Source of the DNA: an uncultured Bacillota bacterium
Lineage (GTDB): Bacteria; Bacillota; DTU025; MWDF01
Reading direction: 5' to 3'
Length of the DNA: 64,000 nucleotides
NCBI GenBank assembly: GCA_963823655.1
Contig: CAWGMK010000010.1
Coordinates: 256,001 to 320,000, forward strand
Part shown: positions 44,525-55,862 of the stretch, in pieces
Numbering within the stretch: position 1 is the stretch's first letter
Layout of the letters: each line of letters begins with the position of its first letter
Made by a program: the position numbers and the translations under genes
Notes under the pieces: generated by a model
Seen by the model: the letters and a program-made list of their open reading frames with translations, nothing else
What the model was told of the DNA's origin: nothing
Databases searched by the model: none

Positions 44525-44974
44525 TCATTTGGCTGTCCTTGGGTGACTGCTCAAGTTAGCCGCCATTTGAATGATAAAAAGAATGAGCATCACAATTCCC
44601 CATGAAACTGAAGATTTCCACGGCATGATAATAAATCCGTAGTTCATGGAATAGTAGAGGCACAAGTAGGGTACAGCCAGCTTCCAATGCTTTTTCATAT
44701 TCGTGCGGAAGTCAATTTTCAAATAATGATCATATGCCCATTCTAGGGCCAAAAACGCCAGGAAGATGGCCAAGAAAATCGAGTATTGAACGGATTGCCG
44801 CTCCAGCAGTGCAAGGACAATCCCGTAAGCTGCAGGAAATGCCAAAAGGAGGTATATCCAGCCGTAACGCTGGACAAGAATAAGCCTATTCTTCCGAGTG
44901 AGGAATATGGAAATCAAGAGCATGCTGTTTACCAATCCGAGCAGGAAGAAGAATTGCTTAAAATCCTGATGCAC
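44525..44974 (-). CDS. Hypothetical membrane protein
   Basis: Multiple hydrophobic helices, 149 aa. Confidence 0.65.
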   Translation of the reverse strand: MHQDFKQFFFLLGLVNSMLLISIFLTRKNRLILVQRYGWIYLLLAFPAAYGIVLALLERQSVQYSIFLAIFLAFLALEWAYDHYLKIDFRTNMKKHWKLAVPYLCLYYSMNYGFIIMPWKSSVSWGIVMLILFIIQMAANLSSHPRTAK

Positions 44975-45308
44975 CTCTTGAACTTTACTTAATTGTCTCC
45001 TCTTTTGCTGCGGCTCTCTTCAAAATTCCTTCGATCTGCGATGCCGGGAGTTAGCATGAATGGTCGATTTTGCGAATTATCCGGATTTCTTGAAGGCTTC
45101 TACAATGTAAAGCAGAATCCTTCATAAACAGAATATATCTATGATATAGACATTCGTCGCCGCAACCCTCCGGCTAAATGCATAAACGGGAGGAAAGGGG
45201 TGAAATCAATATCGAGAGGAATGCTTCAAGGCAAACAGAAGGCACAATGACATCGGTGATGAGAGACTATGCTGATCAATGAATTTCTAGCTCTTTAGAG
45301 GTGATGAA

Positions 45309-45731
45309 ATGGCTGAAATGAAGGCTGAGCTTATTGCCCCTTGCGGTATGAACTGCAGACTTTGCCTTGCTTACCAAAGGGATAAGAAACGCTGCACTGG
45401 GTGCCGCAGGGAAGACGCATATGAGAGGAGCTATGGTTTGAGATGCGTTATCAGAAACTGTCAGACCGTTAAGGACAGCATCTCGGGATATTGCTATGAA
45501 TGTGGCAAGTTCCCCTGTAAACGGCTTAAACAACTGGATAAGCGATATAAAACCAAATACGGCATGAGCATGATAGAAAACCTTGGGGCGATCAAGCTGC
45601 TTGGCATGGAGGCATTCTTACGACAAGAGGAAGTGCGGTGGACTTGTGCGGATTGTGGGAATACTATCTGCGTACACCGAAAGGCTTGTCCGACATGCAG
45701 ATCAATAAGGAGTAGCCCTTTGCCTTCGTAG
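45309..45731 (+). CDS. DUF3795 Cys-rich protein
   Basis: APCGMNCRLC, C.GC, C.IRNC, YCYEC..FPC, C-terminal CADC/CPTC. Confidence 0.85.
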   Translation: MAEMKAELIAPCGMNCRLCLAYQRDKKRCTGCRREDAYERSYGLRCVIRNCQTVKDSISGYCYECGKFPCKRLKQLDKRYKTKYGMSMIENLGAIKLLGMEAFLRQEEVRWTCADCGNTICVHRKACPTCRSIRSSPLPS

Positions 45732-45780
45732 CGGAGATTGTATACAAAATGTGATATCAAGCTTTCAAAGGAGGCCAAAG

Positions 45781-46770
45781 ATGATAGGTAACTCCAATCC
45801 AATCTCAAAACACTTCTCACTGGAGCTTTTGGCAGATGGTGTATATGCAGCTATTCATACCGACGGAGGGGCTGCGATATGTAATGCGGGATTGATTGAC
45901 TTGGGCAACCTGCTTGTAGTGTTTGATACGTTCCTAACGGCCCAGGCTGCCAGAGACCTGCGGCTTTTCTCAATCAATGAATTTGGAATAGCACCTCAAC
46001 TTGTCATCAATAGCCACTACCATAATGACCATACCTGGGGCAACCAGGTATTTGTCCCGGATGCCCAGATAATTTCCAACACAATTACGCGCCGGCTCTT
46101 CGAAACGGAAGGCAGGGAAGAGCAGGAATGGTATAGGGACAATTCAGCACAGCAGCTGCAGGTTATGCGTGAGAGATTTCAGAACGCGAAAGATGAGCAT
46201 GAGCGAAAAGGACTGCTTGGCATGCTCGGGTATTACGAGGGCTTGGTTGAATCAATGCCTACTTTTGTGGCCTGCAAAGCCAACATCACCTTCGAAGGCA
46301 AATTGGATTTCTGCGGGAAAAGGAGATCCGCCGAGCTAATAAGCTTCGCAGGCGCTCACACGAGCAGCGACGCTGTACTGTTTCTACCTGCAGACGGAAT
46401 AATCTTTATGGGCGATCTCCTGTTTGTAAAGGCACACCCCTACCTTTCCGAAGGCAATCCGCTAAAGCTCATTGAGGCTCTGCAAGCAATATCCGGTTGG
46501 GGGGCATCCTGTTACGTTCCCGGCCACGGCGGCATCGGCACAAGTGAAGATGTTGCGTTGCTCATTGAATACGTTCAGTACTGCATAGAGTCGACAAAAG
46601 AGGTCATAGATAAGGGCTCCGGAAGGGAAGGGCTTAAAAATATCGGTATTCCGGACAAGTTCGCCAATTGGCAGATGCCACAAATGTTCCAAGGGAATCT
46701 TAAAGCCATCTATGAGAACATATTGGCAGCTGACATGCAAAGGGCAACTTCAGGCCCTACTCCAATGTAG
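45781..46770 (+). CDS. MBL-fold metallo-hydrolase (cyclase-like)
   Basis: NAG, SHYHNDHTWGN, HT, GDL, PGHG. Confidence 0.88.
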   Translation: MIGNSNPISKHFSLELLADGVYAAIHTDGGAAICNAGLIDLGNLLVVFDTFLTAQAARDLRLFSINEFGIAPQLVINSHYHNDHTWGNQVFVPDAQIISNTITRRLFETEGREEQEWYRDNSAQQLQVMRERFQNAKDEHERKGLLGMLGYYEGLVESMPTFVACKANITFEGKLDFCGKRRSAELISFAGAHTSSDAVLFLPADGIIFMGDLLFVKAHPYLSEGNPLKLIEALQAISGWGASCYVPGHGGIGTSEDVALLIEYVQYCIESTKEVIDKGSGREGLKNIGIPDKFANWQMPQMFQGNLKAIYENILAADMQRATSGPTPM

Positions 46771-46980
46771 AGCATTCTTACCGCATCTGACTGTGGAATT
46801 GCCACAAATACATTATTAAGAAGAATCAGCAGGGCATCCCCACGTCAAAAGGGCTGTTAAAGTGCGCTTTATTGAACGATGGCAGTCGGATATGAATTAG
46901 AATATAATTAAAAGGATAGCGACCAATAATTGCAGCATAAGCACATTTGGTTGATTTCGGAATTTCGGGAGGTAAATTCC

Positions 46981-47637
46981 TTGGATAAGACATATTTCAA
47001 CCCGGGTTGCGCCTTGAGTATTTACAAGCCCGAAATGGAGATAAAGGTACTGAAGTATCTTAGAGACAACCTTGGGGAAGTAGAGCTTCATAAGATCTGC
47101 TGCAGGCATGAGCCGAGGCTCGAGTCCGGCTCGACCATTATAAACGTATGCGCAGGCTGTGACAGGCGATTCAGGAGCCTTTACGAGGGTATTTCGACGA
47201 TATCGCTCTGGGAAGTAATTGATAGCTCCGACACATTCAACTTTCCCGACTATGGCGGTCTGAAGATGTCAGTTCATGACGCTTGCCCTGTCAGGGAACG
47301 CTCCCAGGTGCACATTGCAGTCCGTAACCTTCTAAAGAAGATGAATATCACCGTCATAGAGACCGAATTTCATGGAACAAAGTCGGTTTGCTGCGGAGAC
47401 GATTTCTACCCTGCTTTGCCTGTCGAGAAAGTCCATCAGTACATGCAGGCGAGGGCCTCATCAATGCCCTGCCAGGATGTATGCGTCTATTGTGTATCCT
47501 GCATCAAATCCATGTATTTGGGGGGCAGGACGCCCAGGCATTTGATGGACCTTCTGCTAGGCGAGACCACCGAACCTCAAATATACGACACGCAGCAATG
47601 GCATGAGCAGCTTCAAGATTACATCGACGCCCATTAG
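46981..47637 (+). CDS. CCG-domain (Fe-S)-binding protein
   Basis: NPGC, CC, CAGC, HDAC, CCG, YC.SC; GGAGG RBS with TTG start. Confidence 0.85.
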   Translation: MDKTYFNPGCALSIYKPEMEIKVLKYLRDNLGEVELHKICCRHEPRLESGSTIINVCAGCDRRFRSLYEGISTISLWEVIDSSDTFNFPDYGGLKMSVHDACPVRERSQVHIAVRNLLKKMNITVIETEFHGTKSVCCGDDFYPALPVEKVHQYMQARASSMPCQDVCVYCVSCIKSMYLGGRTPRHLMDLLLGETTEPQIYDTQQWHEQLQDYIDAH

Positions 47638-47816
47638 GTAAGATGATTCCCTAGATGGTTGCGTAACTGGCATATTTGAATCGAAGGTGTGCTTTCCAAG
47701 GAGTCTTTGAGTAAGACTGCCAATAAGCCCCCCCGATTAAGTGAGTATCTAAGCTTTGGTGCTTCCGCCGGCGAAACGACGGATCATATCATAGGCGCGG
47801 TTTACTGCGATTGTGC

Positions 47817-48977
47817 TCATATATTCCTTGTCGCGGCTGGTTGGGTAGTTATATGAGCCCTGCTCTGTTTCACGCCGTCTGTGACCGTGAAGTATGCCGC
47901 AGCCTTATCCCTGATAATGCCAACACCAATATCTGCACCGGACTTCTTGTGCATGGTATTTGCCATTTCACCGGCTACTTGGCTCAGATGCGACTCATCA
48001 TGGTTTTGAAATGACGATCCCAAATCCATGATTGCCAGCATATCCCCTATGTTTGATGCCGTTATGCCGGGCTTCAGTACGTTTGCGCCCCCTGCACGTC
48101 AAACAACCTCTTTGCTGCAAGGCCGCCCGTGCTGACCTCGGCGAATGCCACGGTCTTTCCTTTTTCGGCCAACAGTTCGACAATGTGCTGTTCCAATGAA
48201 TCGATATCGATCTCCATATGCGAAAATCCCTAGCCTGCGCTTAACTTCCTCAACTGCGGGATCAATCAGGGCATAAGCGGCAGCTTCATCATGGGCTTTC
48301 GCAGTAACCCGGACGATACACTCGCCGGATTTGGCATAAGGCGCCAAGGTTGGGTTTGTCATCGATTCCATCATGTCGAGCAGCTTTGCCTCCATGGCTG
48401 ATTCCCCGATGCCTATTACCCTGACTACGCGAGATACCAGGATATCTTCGGACAGTTTCCTTAGATACGGCCTTACCAGGTTGTTGAACATTGGCTCCAT
48501 CTCGCGCGGGGGGCCCGGCATCATTATCGCGATCTTGCCGCCTTCGTCTTCGATGATGCAACCCGGGGCCGTGCCTTGAGGATTCTTTAGTACTATGCAA
48601 CCTTCTGGCATCATCGCCTGCTTCTTGTTGTTGTCGGTCATCGGGCGGTTGATGTGCGCGAAGAAGCCTTCAAGCTCCTTCAGGGATTCCTCGTGCATGA
48701 TAAGCTTTCTGCCGTAGCTTGCGGCAACTGTTTCCTTTGTCAGGTCGTCATATGTCGGGCCGAGTCCGCCCGTAGTTATTACAATGTCGGCCCGCCCTTT
48801 GGCAATAGAGAGGACTTGCCCCAGCCGTTCAGGGTTGTCTCCCGCAACGGTCTGGTAGAATACGTTTATGCCCAGATTGGCCAAGCCGCGCGAAATATAC
48901 TGGGCATTAGTGTTTACTATGTCCCCAAGCAGCAGTTCAGTGCCGACGCATACGATCTCACAGGATATATTGCTCAA
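47817..48977 (-). CDS. cinA: Competence/damage-inducible protein A, frameshifted
   Basis: VGTELLLGDIVNTN, GGLGPTYDDLT, GTAPG, PGPPREM. Confidence 0.9.
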
Positions 48978-49204
48978 AATAACAACTCCCCATGCCAGTA
49001 TGGAAATGATAGGTCGATATTTCCTTGCTTCTTTATATCATATCCATGAGCGTCGGCGGAGGGCGAAAATTTCTCTTCAGTAAGCTTGCATCCGGGCACA
49101 ATCCCCGATTTCTTCCGGCAAATGATTAGAAGGCGCGAATTCCGATTATTCGCGCCTTCTTTATCCAATTTCACATCCACGAAGTACCTTGAGGAGATGA
49201 TATC

Positions 49205-50119
49205 CTATGCGACGATCCCCTGCAGTTCCTGCACGCCGTTGATTGTCAATGTGCTTACTTCTCTCGAAATCCTTCTTATCATTCCCGTGAGGGTCTTGCC
49301 CGGCCCGATCTCGACGAAACTGTCATAGCCCGACTTGATCAGCTCCTCAACGAGCCCCTGCCAGCGCACCGCGCTGAGCATTTGCAAAGGCAGGTACTCC
49401 TCCGGCTGCGACTCGAAAGACATTGCAGAGCAAGTGACATTGGAGAATACGTCCAGGCCCGGCTGCTCGAATTTCATGCCGTCCAGGCTAGTCGCGAACT
49501 CACCTGCTGCCCTTCTCATCAGTTCGCTGTGGAAAGCAGCATTCACATTCAGCCTTACTGCCTTGTGACCCTCTTCCGTGCATGCGGCCGCCGCCCTGAT
49601 GCATGCAGCTTCTTCGCCTGCGATGACTATCTGCCCGGGGCAATTGAAGTTGACCATCTCGACATAGCCTGTCACAGTGGACAGAATCGACGAAAGCTTC
49701 TCCTCAGTTGCGCCCATCACGGCAAACATAGCACCAGAGCTGGCTTCGGCCTCCTTTTGCATAGTATTGGCCCTCGCTGCTATCATCTTTGCGGAATCAT
49801 CCAAATTCAGGGCTCCTGCCGCGCAAATTGCGGTACATTCACCAAGGGAGAATCCTGCCATCGCGTCCGCCTTGCCGCCCATCTTCTTGTAAGCAATATA
49901 ACCTGCTAAGCTGTGAGCGAATATCGCAGGCTGTGCGATTCCGGTCCTGCTCAGACCATCTGTCCGGGATCCGAAACTGGCATCCGCCACGTCAAATCCT
50001 ACTGCATCCGATATCCTGGAATAGAGGTCGCGTACCTCGTCGAACTGCTCGTAGAGATCCTTTCCCATCCCATCGTATTGAGCCCCCTGGCCGGGGAACA
50101 CTATAGCTGTTTTACCCAC
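49205..50119 (-). CDS. fabD: Malonyl-CoA:ACP transacylase
   Basis: FPGQGAQ, QPAI, GFSLGE, AFHS, EIGPG. Confidence 0.95.
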   Translation of the reverse strand: MGKTAIVFPGQGAQYDGMGKDLYEQFDEVRDLYSRISDAVGFDVADASFGSRTDGLSRTGIAQPAIFAHSLAGYIAYKKMGGKADAMAGFSLGECTAICAAGALNLDDSAKMIAARANTMQKEAEASSGAMFAVMGATEEKLSSILSTVTGYVEMVNFNCPGQIVIAGEEAACIRAAAACTEEGHKAVRLNVNAAFHSELMRRAAGEFATSLDGMKFEQPGLDVFSNVTCSAMSFESQPEEYLPLQMLSAVRWQGLVEELIKSGYDSFVEIGPGKTLTGMIRRISREVSTLTINGVQELQGIVA

Positions 50120-50167
50120 TTAAGCTGCACCTTCCTTATAAGTATCATTCATTTGGCCACATTTCTC

Positions 50168-50225
50168 TTGACGACCGTTTTTAATCCTAATATAGTTTGA
50201 ATATCGTACAATTTGATATTCAAAT
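50168..50225 (+). promoter_or_regulatory. fabH promoter with tandem FabT-like operator boxes
   Basis: TTGACG-17-TATAGT; TTTGAataTCGTA (50196-50208) and ATTTGAtatTCAAAT (50211-50225). Confidence 0.7.
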
Positions 50226-50263
50226 GTTACGGCGCGAAGCCGGATTAGGCAAGAGGTGATTTT

Positions 50264-51250
50264 TTGAAGGCCTCGATAGCGGGTACTGGAAGCTACTTAC
50301 CGTCACGGATAGTGGACAACGCCGAAATGGCAAAGCTCGTAGACACCACAGACGAGTGGATAACTACGAGGACAGGGATTAAGCAGAGGCGCTACAGCGA
50401 GGGAGAAAGCACCTGGCAGATGGCGGAGAAAGCAGGGCTTGCCGCGCTGAAAAGCGCAAACATAGACGCCAAGGATCTGGACTTGATTATTGTTAGTACG
50501 GTGACGCCGGATTATTACACGCCTTCGATGTCTTGCCTGTTACAAGGCAGATTGGGCGCGAAAAAAGCTGCGGCATTCGATATAAATGCGGCATGCAGCG
50601 GCTTTGCCTACGGCCTCGACGTTGCTTGCCGTTACATCGAGTCCGGCAGGAGCAGGAATATTCTTCTTATATGCGCGGAGACGCTCACCAAGATAACCGA
50701 TTTCACGGACAGGAACACCTGTGTCCTGTTCGGGGACGGTGCCGGCGCCGTTGTGCTCACAGCCTCAGAGTCAGGCGGCGTACTAGACACATACATTGCC
50801 GCCGACGGGACGGGGGCAGCCATGCTTACATCAAAGGCGCTCCCCTCGATAAACCCCATTTGTGCAGACCCCGGCCCGGACATACTGGATTCCCGCCCCG
50901 ACCGCTTCATAGCGATGGACGGCAAGGAAGTATACAAGTTCGCGGTCAGCGCCATGCCAGACGCCATGGACAGGGTGCTTGCATCTGCCGGGCGCAGCAT
51001 CGCTGAGGTGGACCACATAATACCCCATCAGGCAAACGCCAGGATAATCGAGTCCGTAATCGCAAAATATGGGTTGGATCCCGCAAAAGTACTAATAACG
51101 CTGGACAAGTATGGCAATACATCCAGTGCGAGCATACCGATAGGCCTGGACGAGCTGAACAAAGAAGGCAAATTGAAACGCGGGGATCTTATCCTCGTAG
51201 TCGGATTCGGTGCGGGCCTTACTTATGCCTCAGCGCTAATTCAGTGGTAG
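50264..51250 (+). CDS. fabH: Beta-ketoacyl-ACP synthase III
   Basis: AACSGF, HQAN, YGNTSSAS, GFGAG. Confidence 0.96.
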   Translation: MKASIAGTGSYLPSRIVDNAEMAKLVDTTDEWITTRTGIKQRRYSEGESTWQMAEKAGLAALKSANIDAKDLDLIIVSTVTPDYYTPSMSCLLQGRLGAKKAAAFDINAACSGFAYGLDVACRYIESGRSRNILLICAETLTKITDFTDRNTCVLFGDGAGAVVLTASESGGVLDTYIAADGTGAAMLTSKALPSINPICADPGPDILDSRPDRFIAMDGKEVYKFAVSAMPDAMDRVLASAGRSIAEVDHIIPHQANARIIESVIAKYGLDPAKVLITLDKYGNTSSASIPIGLDELNKEGKLKRGDLILVVGFGAGLTYASALIQW

Positions 51251-51255
51251 GAGGA

Positions 51256-52218
51256 ATGGATTTGCATACCAGAGTGACAAAACTGCTGGGAATAGAACAC
51301 CCGGTATTGCAGGGCGGGATGGCCTGGGTCGCAGACGCAGGGCTTGCGGCCGCAGTATCTGAAGCAGGAGGCCTTGGAATAATCGCGGGCGGAGCTGCCC
51401 CGGCGGACATCATAAGAGCCGAGATAAGAAAGGCCAAGCAGCTTACAAGCAAGCCCTTCGGCCTGAATATAATGCTTATGAGCCCGTTTGCGGACGAGCT
51501 GGCGGTACTTGCGATTGAAGAGAAGGTCGCCGTCGTCACAACCGGTGCGGGCAGCCCCGGCAAGCATATTGCAGGCTGGAAGGATGCAGGCATTAAAGTC
51601 ATACCGGTAGTGCCGTCTGTAGCGCTTGCGCTTCGCATGGAGCGCATGGGAGCAGATGCTGTAATTGCCGAGGGGACAGAATCAGGCGGGCATATCGGAG
51701 AGTCTACGACCATGGCGCTTGTGCCGCAGGTGGCCGACGCGGTCTCCATACCTGTTATCGCGGCAGGCGGCATCGCTGACGGCCGGGGTATGGCCGCTGC
51801 CCTATGCCTGGGAGCTGAAGCCGTACAGTGCGGCACATGCTTCCTGGTAGCCACCGAATGCTGCATTCACCCGGACTATAAGGCGAAGGTGCTCAAAGCC
51901 GGCGATACAGACACCATAGTCACAGGAAGAAGCGTCGGAAGGCCTGTTAGGTCTTTGAGGACGCCGTTTTCAAGGCAGTTCGCGGACATGGAAAGAGGAG
52001 GAGCCACTGCTGACGAGCTGGAGGTAGCAGCGGCCGGTTCGCTTAGGTGCGCAGTCAAGGATGGGAATCTGACCACTGGCACTTTCATGGCAGGACAGGT
52101 AGCGGGCCTTGTCAAGAGGGAAGATACCTGCAAAGGCATCATATTGGGCCTGGTAGAGGGCGCCGAGCTGGCATTGAAGGATGCCGCGATCAGTTTTGAA
52201 GGCGGGGCGGGGAGATGA
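51256..52218 (+). CDS. fabK: Enoyl-ACP reductase II
   Basis: QGGMAW, EGTESGGH, AAGGIADGRG, within the fab operon. Confidence 0.9.
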   Translation: MDLHTRVTKLLGIEHPVLQGGMAWVADAGLAAAVSEAGGLGIIAGGAAPADIIRAEIRKAKQLTSKPFGLNIMLMSPFADELAVLAIEEKVAVVTTGAGSPGKHIAGWKDAGIKVIPVVPSVALALRMERMGADAVIAEGTESGGHIGESTTMALVPQVADAVSIPVIAAGGIADGRGMAAALCLGAEAVQCGTCFLVATECCIHPDYKAKVLKAGDTDTIVTGRSVGRPVRSLRTPFSRQFADMERGGATADELEVAAAGSLRCAVKDGNLTTGTFMAGQVAGLVKREDTCKGIILGLVEGAELALKDAAISFEGGAGR

Positions 52219-53120
52219 CTACCGAAATGACGGCTAATAACCCTGAACAAAAGACCGATCATTTGGGTATTTGCATGGATGCCTCAGAGGATGCGGCTAA
52301 AAGCGCGGCTTCAACACCCGCCCAGGCCTCAATGCCGCACTCAGGGACCCGTTTGGCACCGGGCGAAGTTCAGACTGCGATAGTCACGGGTGCGACCAAG
52401 GGCATCGGCCTTGCCATTGCCAAAAGGCTTGCTGCGTACGGTATGAACATCCTCATGAACTACAGATCCGACGAAGCCCGCGCAGAGCTTGCCCGAACAG
52501 AGGCGCAGGAAGCGGCCAAAGCAGCGGGCCAGACACAAAATGTCGTTATCACCTGCAAAGCGGATGTCTCAGACCCTGCCGAGTGCGAGGGCCTTGTCAA
52601 AGCGGCCATGGAAAATTTCGGCAGGGTGGATGTGCTGATAAATAACGCAGGCATCACAAAAGACGGGCTTCTTATGAGAATGAGCACGGAGTCGTTCGAA
52701 GAAGTCATCAAGAACAATTTGAGCTCCGCATTTTTTATGAGCAGGGCGGTCGCCCCGATCATGCTTAAGGCAAGGCGCGGCGCAATCGTCAACATCTCCT
52801 CTGTCGCAGGCACGAAGGGCAACCCCGGCCAGTCCAACTACTCGGCCTCCAAGGCGGGCATGATAGGGCTGACACTAACTACTGCCAAGGAGCTGGGCTC
52901 GCGCGGGATAAGGGTTAATGCGGTAGCGCCGGGCTTCATAGAGACGGATATGACAGGCAAGCTTAGCGATGCGCTCGTCGACAAGGCCAGGCAATCCATC
53001 TCGCTAGGCAGGCTCGGTAAACCGGAGGAGGTTGCTGAGCTGGTCCTTTTCCTTTCTACAGATGCCTCCTCATATATTACGGGACAAGTTATCGCCGCAG
53101 ACGGCGGCTTAGTCATTTAG
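52215..53120 (+). CDS. fabG: 3-oxoacyl-ACP reductase with N-terminal extension
   Basis: [28 protein letters not shown]. Confidence 0.94.
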   Translation: MTTEMTANNPEQKTDHLGICMDASEDAAKSAASTPAQASMPHSGTRLAPGEVQTAIVTGATKGIGLAIAKRLAAYGMNILMNYRSDEARAELARTEAQEAAKAAGQTQNVVITCKADVSDPAECEGLVKAAMENFGRVDVLINNAGITKDGLLMRMSTESFEEVIKNNLSSAFFMSRAVAPIMLKARRGAIVNISSVAGTKGNPGQSNYSASKAGMIGLTLTTAKELGSRGIRVNAVAPGFIETDMTGKLSDALVDKARQSISLGRLGKPEEVAELVLFLSTDASSYITGQVIAADGGLVI

Positions 53121-53129
53121 GAGGGTCAG

Positions 53130-54405
53130 ATGAACCGGGTTGCGATTACTGGAATAGGGGCGATCTCGCCCATAGGAAACGACGCAAACAGCATATTCGA
53201 CTCTTTGGCCAGCGGAAATGCGGAATCGGAAATCTTGAGGGGCTTGATACCGAAGGCCTGGGAACATCTATCGGCGCCCAGGTAAAGGGGTTCGAGCCTG
53301 GCGACTACTTTGAAAGGCGCGACGCCCGCAGGATGGACAGGTTCAGCCAGTTCGCCATGGCGGCATCGATAATCGCCGAAAAGGATGCAGGGCTGCTTGA
53401 GGGAACATATGAGCCGACCAGGTGCGGCGTCTACATAGGAAGCGGCATTGGCGGGCTTACCACCATCGAGGAAGAGCATACGAAACTTCTGGAGAAGGGT
53501 CCGGGCAGGGTTTCCCCGTTTTTCATACCTATGCTCATCGGAAACATGGCGGCGGGCAATATATCAGCGAAGATGGGTTATCGGGGTCCCAGCATGAGCA
53601 TAGTAACCGCATGCGCGTCGGGGGCGAATTCGATAGGAGAGGCGATGCGCGCCATCAGGCACGGCTATTTGGACATGGCGCTAGCAGGCGGGACCGAAGC
53701 GCCGCTCACAAGGACAGCTATAGCAGGATTTTATAACATGACGGCGCTGTCGAGCGCGCAAGACCCTTCGGCCGCAAGCATACCCTTCGACATGAGAAGG
53801 AGCGGTTTCGTAATGGGCGAGGGGGCGGCGGTGCTTGTGCTTGAGAGAATGGACAAAGCACTTGCAAGAGGGGCGCACATATATGCCGAGCTTGCGGGCT
53901 ACGGTACTACGGACGACGCCTATCACATAACAAGTCCCGACCCCACCGGCAGGGGCGCATCAGAGGCGATGCAGGCTGCAATCTCCGATGCTTGCCTAAA
54001 CCCTGAGGATATTGGGTATGTGAATGCTCACGGCACCAGCACGCCGTTGAACGACAAGTACGAGACGGCCGCGATAAAGGCCGTATTCGGGGATTATGCC
54101 TATAAGCTTCCTGTTAGCTCGACAAAATCGATGACAGGGCATCTTCTGGGGGCGGCTGGGGCCATAGAAGCGGTGATAACGGCGCTTGCTGTAGAAAGAG
54201 GCCTTTTGCCACCGACTATTAACTATCTCGAGCCCGATCCTGAGTGCGACCTGGATTACGTGCCGAATGCGGCAAGGAGCTCTCAATCGGCTCTGCTATC
54301 AGCAATTCGCTGGGTTTCGGGGGCCATAATGCGTGCCTGGCGTTTAGGAAGATCGAGGCGAGCGCAGCTTGTGAAAGCGCGGAGGCTGCGACCGATGGAA
54401 GATAA
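53130..54405 (+). CDS. fabF: Beta-ketoacyl-ACP synthase II, frameshifted
   Basis: [41 protein letters not shown] in shifted frame. Confidence 0.93.
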
Positions 54406-54829
54406 GAAAAGCTTTCCTGAAATAAGGCAGGTGCTTCCGCACAGGGAGCCATTCCTGCTTTTAAGCCGCGTCCTGGATTGTGTCCCGGGGCAGTACGCTA
54501 CGTGCGAGCTTGATCTGACAGGCGATGAGGATTTCTTCAAAGGGCACTTCCCCGGGGAGCCTGTAATGCCGGGGGTGTTAATGATAGAGGCGATGGCCCA
54601 AGCGGGCGGATATGCCATCCTTTGTCTGGATGAATTTCATGGGAAGCTGGGCTTCCTTGTGTCCGTAGAAAAGGCGAGATTTAGAAAGAAGGTGGTTCCG
54701 GCAGGTAAATTGAGATTGGAAACAAAAATAACCAGAATTTCGGGCGTTTTCGCCAAAGCCGAGGGCAGAGCTCTCTATGATGGGGCGCTGGCGGCAGAGG
54801 CGGAGATGACATTCGCAATAGGAAAGTGA
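54395..54829 (+). CDS. fabZ: 3-hydroxyacyl-ACP dehydratase
   Basis: [25 protein letters not shown]; own GGAGG RBS. Confidence 0.93.
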   Translation: MEDKKSFPEIRQVLPHREPFLLLSRVLDCVPGQYATCELDLTGDEDFFKGHFPGEPVMPGVLMIEAMAQAGGYAILCLDEFHGKLGFLVSVEKARFRKKVVPAGKLRLETKITRISGVFAKAEGRALYDGALAAEAEMTFAIGK

Positions 54830-54839
54830 GGAAAAATTG

Positions 54840-55136
54840 ATGGTTGTTGAGGAATTGAAGGTATTGCTGGCGGACAAGCTGGGCATGGATGCCAAGCAGA
54901 TAAGCGAAAGCTCGAACATTGTCGAGGACCTCAAAGCGGATTTGCTGGACATGGTTGAAATCGCGATGTCGCTCGAGGATCGCTTCGGGGTGAAGATCCC
55001 GGATGAAGCAATGGCGAATTTCCATACAGTAGGGGATCTGGCAAACTATATTTCCGCTAAGATAGGGCAAAAAAACACAGGGCCTCGGACATTTCGGTCC
55101 GAGGCCCTTCTAATTCAAGCCATTGTCTTTTCTTAA
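54840..55136 (+). CDS. acpP: Acyl carrier protein (true stop probably near 55075)
   Basis: EDLKAD(L)LDMVEI.MSLED.FG..IPDE...F.TVGD; DSL serine reads Leu. Confidence 0.85.
   Translation: MVVEELKVLLADKLGMDAKQISESSNIVEDLKADLLDMVEIAMSLEDRFGVKIPDEAMANFHTVGDLANYISAKIGQKNTGPRTFRSEALLIQAIVFS
55079..55108. terminator. Terminator hairpin after the fab operon
   Basis: AGGGCCTCGGAC / GTCCGAGGCCCT 12-bp stem. Confidence 0.7.
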
Positions 55137-55186
55137 GTGGTATATACGTGCCTAATCATAGTTTGGAGACGAATAAGATCGTCCAC

Positions 55187-55862
55187 TTATTTTGCAGCCA
55201 TACCGGTCTTCCTGACCTTTTGGGCCGCTATAGTAATGACTGCGGTATCCCCGTATTTTACCCTTATACTCCTTACAAACAGCGCATCCGATTCAAACGG
55301 CTGGACAGTAGATATGGGGACTGAAGATATCGAAGCCATAATCAACGATCGGCACGTCGCCATGAGGGTTACGCCATTGAGCCAGAATTCCAGCAGTTGC
55401 CGGTTTTCATGAGCCTGAACTCATTTATCCGCTTCTATGCAAGCACGGGTATGGGCGTGATTTTATCGTAGAGCTCTACGCCATACTTAAATATGCCGTA
55501 ATACTGTTCCGGAGCCAAGGTTATAAATGTCAATTCCCATGCAGGGTCATTGTACGTCGATGTCGGTTGCAAGCAGGATCTCCAAGTTGGCGGTAGAATC
55601 GATATCTACATTCAGTTCGAACATTACTATCACAGTAATATCGCCTTTGAATCCCAGCGGCGCCGATACGTAATTATTCCACATTCCAGCCCGTCGCCGG
55701 ATAATTCGTACTCAGTCTTCGAATGCGCTATCCAATCCCCGTCGGCCCTTTCAAGATCCTCCTCGCTGGTGAAATCGAAGAAGTACGTCTTATTAAGGCA
55801 CCCGGAGAAACTCACCAATGAGACGCTAGAACGACAAGTAACATCCACCTTAAGCTCTTCAT
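55187..55862 (-). CDS. Hypothetical lipoprotein, paralog of 23195..23893, frameshifted
   Basis: GGAGG RBS, MKSLRWMLL..FSG-C; YELSGDGL, SAPLGFKGDITV, RSIRVKY. Confidence 0.6.

Noticed and set aside
53333-54829. Apparent FabF-FabZ fusion ORF (498 aa)
   Set aside because: The FabF C-terminal [10 protein letters not shown] motif is in another frame ending at 54405 and fabZ has its own RBS/ATG at 54395; this is an indel artefact
55060-55136. C-terminal extension of ACP
   Set aside because: It runs through an A homopolymer and the terminator hairpin; the stop was probably lost to a read error
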